Shown here in pieces: positions 60,597 to 64,000 of a DNA stretch of 64,000 bases (position 1 is the first letter of the stretch; the number at the start of each line of letters is the position of its first letter). Position numbers and translations under genes: made by a program. The DNA is from a virus. The DNA lies in the IMG/VR virus record IMGVR_UViG_3300023174_000063. The stretch is one strand, 5' to 3'. The notes under the pieces were generated by a model. That model saw only the letters and a program-made list of their open reading frames with translations, did no database searches and was not told where the DNA came from.

Positions 60597-61194
60597 GCAG
60601 CTTTTAACAGAATGGCAAAACTTTGAGTATACAAAGGAGATGATTGCTGAGTCAAGGGAAAAGAACGCAGGCAAGATTATCCTTAAGGGAATATTGCAAA
60701 AGTCTGATACTTTGAATCAAAATGGCCGCATTTATCCTGAGCATATTCTTTCTAGAGAAGTTAGAAATTACCAGAAGTTTATTAATGAGAATCGCGCACT
60801 TGGTGAGTGTGATCACCCAGAAAGTTCTGTTGTCGAGCTTAAGAATGTCTCTCATATTGTAAGATCTGCTTACATGCAGGGCGGTATCTGTTACGGAACA
60901 GTTGAGCTATTAGATACACCGTCAGGCAAGATTCTTCAGAGCCTTGTTGAAAATGGAATTACACTGGGTATTTCATCTAGAGGTGTTGGGTCAACAAAGT
61001 CTTCTGGTGATCACCAAGTTGTGCAAGATGACTTTCAATTAATCTGCTGGGACTTTGTTAGTGAGCCTTCGACACCTGGCGCTTTCATGATGAAGGAAGG
61101 CCGTAGAATTTCCGAAAATGACTTAAAGCGTCACTTTACTAAGTCAGATAGAGTTGATAGAATTTTCAATGAAATTCTAACCTGGAAGGAATAA
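60589..61194 (+). CDS. Prohead core protease (T4 gp21-like)
   Basis: NQNGRIYP, ALGECDHP, NVSH, TPSGKIL, LGISSRGVGS and WDFVSEPSTPGA. Confidence 0.93.
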   Translation: MNKQLLTEWQNFEYTKEMIAESREKNAGKIILKGILQKSDTLNQNGRIYPEHILSREVRNYQKFINENRALGECDHPESSVVELKNVSHIVRSAYMQGGICYGTVELLDTPSGKILQSLVENGITLGISSRGVGSTKSSGDHQVVQDDFQLICWDFVSEPSTPGAFMMKEGRRISENDLKRHFTKSDRVDRIFNEILTWKE

Positions 61195-61195
61195 A

Positions 61196-61564
61196 ATGGC
61201 TATTCAACACGTCTATTCAAACCACAATAATGCAGCCGAATACCAGGTGTCATCGATACCTTTCGTTAAAGCTTATTCAATAGGAGCAGGAAGCACACAA
61301 CACATAGAGCTTCCTTTTGTATCTAGATTTATTGTTGTCAGCACAGATGTAGAACTTAGATTAGGATTTAGTTCAGCAGGTGTTGCCGGCACTAATTATT
61401 TTATTGTTAAGGCAGGTACTTCACCTCGCCTAGAGATTAAATGTCGCGAATTTTGGTTAAAAAACAACACAGCAGGTGCAGCTACCTCTTCTGTTCTTGT
61501 AGGTGTTACAAATGTTCCACATAGCCAGTTTCCTATTTTGGATGGTATTGTAGGTATAGGATAA
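61196..61564 (+). CDS. Small beta-rich protein, possible head decoration
   Basis: AEYQVSSIPF...LRLGFS...PRLEIKC; AAGGAA SD; head module context. Confidence 0.5.
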   Translation: MAIQHVYSNHNNAAEYQVSSIPFVKAYSIGAGSTQHIELPFVSRFIVVSTDVELRLGFSSAGVAGTNYFIVKAGTSPRLEIKCREFWLKNNTAGAATSSVLVGVTNVPHSQFPILDGIVGIG

Positions 61565-61572
61565 TATCTGCT

Positions 61573-62025
61573 ATGACAAAAAGCGAACTAAAAAATATTG
61601 TCAAAGAGTGCCTTGTTGAAATTCTCAGTGAGGGAATTGGTTCTTCGAGCAGAATTGTTGAGGCAAAAAAAGAGATGCCTGTCACTGCAGCCAAAACTCA
61701 GGATAGAAGTATTCAAGAAATGCTAAAGATGAGGCAGACAATTGCCAATAAGACTCAGTTTGGTCAAAAACCAGCTAAGCAATCATCGGCGCCAACTGTC
61801 AATAATCTGGTTAAAAGCGTCACAAATGATGCAGTAATGGCTGCATTGTTTGCAGATACAGCTGAAACAACACTTCAAGAACAAATTGAAAATGATAGGC
61901 GAGTTCTCAAGGGCCATTCATTAGACAATGAAAATCATGATGATTCTCCCGTAGGTGGTTCAGGTTTTAGCGAAGAAATGGCAAAGCACTGGTCTGCACT
62001 TGCTTTTAATCAATCAAAAAAGTAA
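61573..62025 (+). CDS. Hypothetical head/internal protein
   Basis: MTKSELKNIVKECLVEILSEG with several [ILV]-x-E sites. Confidence 0.6.
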   Translation: MTKSELKNIVKECLVEILSEGIGSSSRIVEAKKEMPVTAAKTQDRSIQEMLKMRQTIANKTQFGQKPAKQSSAPTVNNLVKSVTNDAVMAALFADTAETTLQEQIENDRRVLKGHSLDNENHDDSPVGGSGFSEEMAKHWSALAFNQSKK

Positions 62026-62095
62026 AAATAGTTTCCATTTATTGAGCGACAGCGATAAGTAATTTTAAGCACTTCGTTTTGGAGACATGTAAATT

Positions 62096-62374
62096 ATGCA
62101 CAAACTTTTGACACCACACGTACTTCGCAAAATTATTCTTGAGGAAAAAGCTCGACTTATGTCGGAAGGTGACCCGTTCATGGACGGCATCGAAGATGTT
62201 GAAAAAGTCAAGGCTGAAGAAGTTGATCCCGAAGATTTGGCCGACACTCTTGCAAAGGAGATCGATCACATCAAGGCTCTCAAGATTAAGGAGTCAAAGC
62301 TCCACAAGGAAGTTCAAGCAATTAGAGAAGCTCAGAATATACTGCGCAAGAGAGTCCTTAAGAGACTTTCATAA
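62096..62374 (+). CDS. Hypothetical head/internal protein
   Basis: LTPHVLRKIILEE...IKES...IREA; GGAG SD. Confidence 0.6.
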   Translation: MHKLLTPHVLRKIILEEKARLMSEGDPFMDGIEDVEKVKAEEVDPEDLADTLAKEIDHIKALKIKESKLHKEVQAIREAQNILRKRVLKRLS

Positions 62375-62394
62375 TACCCTAAAAGGAGACTCAT

Positions 62395-62871
62395 ATGCCT
62401 ACGCATAAACAATATACGACAGAAGCAGTTGTGACAGAGCGAGGTCCGGGTCGTTCTGCATCTAATTCACTTAGGGCTGCATTTGCTAATTCTCCCCTCT
62501 ACAAGGGCGAGTGGTCTGACGCAAAGGTTCATGAATATTGGATCGAAAACGTTCAGGAGAGAGCTATCAATGACGGTGGACATACGTTCGGATTGTTTGT
62601 TCAAAATTACAAAGGCGCTCCCGATGTTGAAGATGTTAGAACCGGCGGCGGTGGACTTCCAGCCGGTCCTTATGTGCCTACAACTGCATCTCCCGGCGTA
62701 GAAGGCTCGATGAATCCTTACGATTTGCCCGAAGTTGATCCGACGCCCAGGACCAATATCTATGGCACAGGTCCAGGTATCTCTCTGTCATCCAAAGATG
62801 CATCAGCTAATATCGCAAAAGGCACACTTGGTTCTTATTTAATGGGAAAGAGTGGCGGAATTCCCGAATAA
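62395..62871 (+). CDS. Pro/Gly-rich hypothetical virion protein
   Basis: AAGGAG SD; GAPD...TGGGGLPAGPYVPTTASPG. Confidence 0.6.
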   Translation: MPTHKQYTTEAVVTERGPGRSASNSLRAAFANSPLYKGEWSDAKVHEYWIENVQERAINDGGHTFGLFVQNYKGAPDVEDVRTGGGGLPAGPYVPTTASPGVEGSMNPYDLPEVDPTPRTNIYGTGPGISLSSKDASANIAKGTLGSYLMGKSGGIPE

Positions 62872-62876
62872 TCTTA

Positions 62877-63524
62877 ATGAAACTTCTTGCATCTAAAACT
62901 AGGCAGAAACTTTTTGAAAAGCTCTCGTCTTATGGAAATACAACGGGCGCTTCTCCTAGTTTTAAAGATGCAAGAAGTGATTTAGGTTACGGTAGAATTG
63001 ACAATAAATGGCATGATCAAAGAGGAAGAAACAATTATTTTCCTTACATAGATCCTGTTAACGAAGATGAAGCCGAAGATGATGAATCCCTAGAAATAGA
63101 AGATCCACATCTTCTGTCTTTAATGTCTAAAAAATTAAATACTGATATTGCTGTTAATGATCCTCTCGGCGGATATAAGGCAGATCCTTTTTATTTTGCC
63201 GGAAGCAATACTAGTCTTTCAATTGCAGACTGTTTCTATAGAACAGATTATGTACTTAACGAGATTGCTGCAATGAATTCATCTCTTGTTCCAATGCCAG
63301 GAATATGGCGCAAAGCTGTAAAATCTGGTGGGCAAGGAGCAGCTGTCTATTTGACTGTTGCGCACCCAGTTAGAACAGGAATGCTCAGAGGATGGTCTAG
63401 CGCGCCTTTCGAAAATGATAATATTTTTGACAATGTCGAAGATTTCGATGACGTCGATGAAGGCGATGAAGACGAAGATTTTATTTCTATTTGGGATGTC
63501 ATTAAAAAAAATGCAGTTTTTTAA
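62877..63524 (+). CDS. Acidic hypothetical protein
   Basis: 215-aa ORF in the head module with D/E-rich tracts. Confidence 0.6.
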   Translation: MKLLASKTRQKLFEKLSSYGNTTGASPSFKDARSDLGYGRIDNKWHDQRGRNNYFPYIDPVNEDEAEDDESLEIEDPHLLSLMSKKLNTDIAVNDPLGGYKADPFYFAGSNTSLSIADCFYRTDYVLNEIAAMNSSLVPMPGIWRKAVKSGGQGAAVYLTVAHPVRTGMLRGWSSAPFENDNIFDNVEDFDDVDEGDEDEDFISIWDVIKKNAVF

Positions 63525-63562
63525 TTTTTTTTAATTGTCTCAAATAAATTGTTTTTCTTGTG

Positions 63563-63569
63563 ATAATTA
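63563..63569 (+). promoter_or_regulatory. Candidate late promoter ATAnTTA
   Basis: ATAATTA upstream of the scaffold gene start at 63611. Confidence 0.45.
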
Positions 63570-63610
63570 AGCTTATAGAATTTGTCATAAGACATTGATG
63601 AGTGGGGATT

Positions 63611-64000
63611 ATGAGCCAAAACCTTTATATTGAATCAATTGCAGATGCTCGACAGCTTCGTGAGATTGCCGAGGCTAATGCACGTAATAAGATCATTGAT
63701 GCAATTACGCCGCAGATACGCAAGCTTATTGAAAAGAAGCTTCTTAGCGATGAGGATGAGATTGAAAGCTCAGAAGAGTCTGAGCTTATCGATATAGACT
63801 CAGACGCCGGCGAAGAGGCTGGTGAATTAGCCGAGCCAAGTGATGACATGCCTAATCCACGTACGACCAATATTGAAGACTTTGAGGACGAGGATGAGAT
63901 GGGCGAGCTCGAGCATGACGAGGACGACGTTTCAGTCACACCCACGTCATCTGGTGCACAAATCAACGTCAAAGATGATGGCAATATTAGTTTGACACTT
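63611..64000 (+). CDS. Prohead scaffold/core protein (gp22-like), 3'-partial; absent from the ORF track
   Basis: ATG 63611 after GGGGA reads MSQNLYIESIADARQLREIAEANARNKIIDAITPQIRKLIEKKL, then a very acidic tract, open to the window end. Position is downstream of portal and protease. Confidence 0.7.
   Translation, partial: MSQNLYIESIADARQLREIAEANARNKIIDAITPQIRKLIEKKLLSDEDEIESSEESELIDIDSDAGEEAGELAEPSDDMPNPRTTNIEDFEDEDEMGELEHDEDDVSVTPTSSGAQINVKDDGNISLTL

Noticed and set aside
63625-63984. Minus-strand 119-aa Ser-rich ORF
   Set aside because: Antisense shadow of the acidic + strand scaffold gene starting at 63611.
1-64000. Frequent TCTAGA/CTAG sites
   Set aside because: Plausibly explained by codon preference (TCT-AGA, CTA-GAN); cannot be evaluated without a Markov-model count.

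Overview
64 kb of a large, AT-rich tailed-phage (T4-superfamily-like myovirus, probably jumbo) genome. Every credible gene is on the + strand, densely packed and in the standard genetic code. Order: (1) a 5'-truncated collagen-like fibre gene; (2) a glycosyltransferase cluster (GT2-methyltransferase, GT4-like-GT2, two GT4) interrupted by a Cas4/RecB-like PD-(D/E)XK nuclease; (3) a phage sigma-like factor; (4) a ~38 kb baseplate/tail block (spike/hub-like, gp25, gp6, LamG proteins, a 3151-aa giant protein, fibre proteins); (5) RuvC-like resolvase, primase and a fused Mre11-Rad50 (SbcD-SbcC) nuclease; (6) the head module (terminase large subunit, portal, prohead protease, small head proteins, 3'-truncated scaffold). 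The main lead is a possible phage-encoded virion glycosylation system: five GT domains beside a Ser/Thr-rich collagen fibre, plus a strong [ST]-G-S tripeptide enrichment confined to structural proteins. Other leads are a shared domain inserted into the LamG folds of two different proteins, a candidate late-promoter motif (ATAnTTA) and a TGTACA-N16 promoter class. No tRNA, rRNA, CRISPR array, intein or transposase was recognised. All family calls come from motifs read by eye and all counts are manual; no database search was run.
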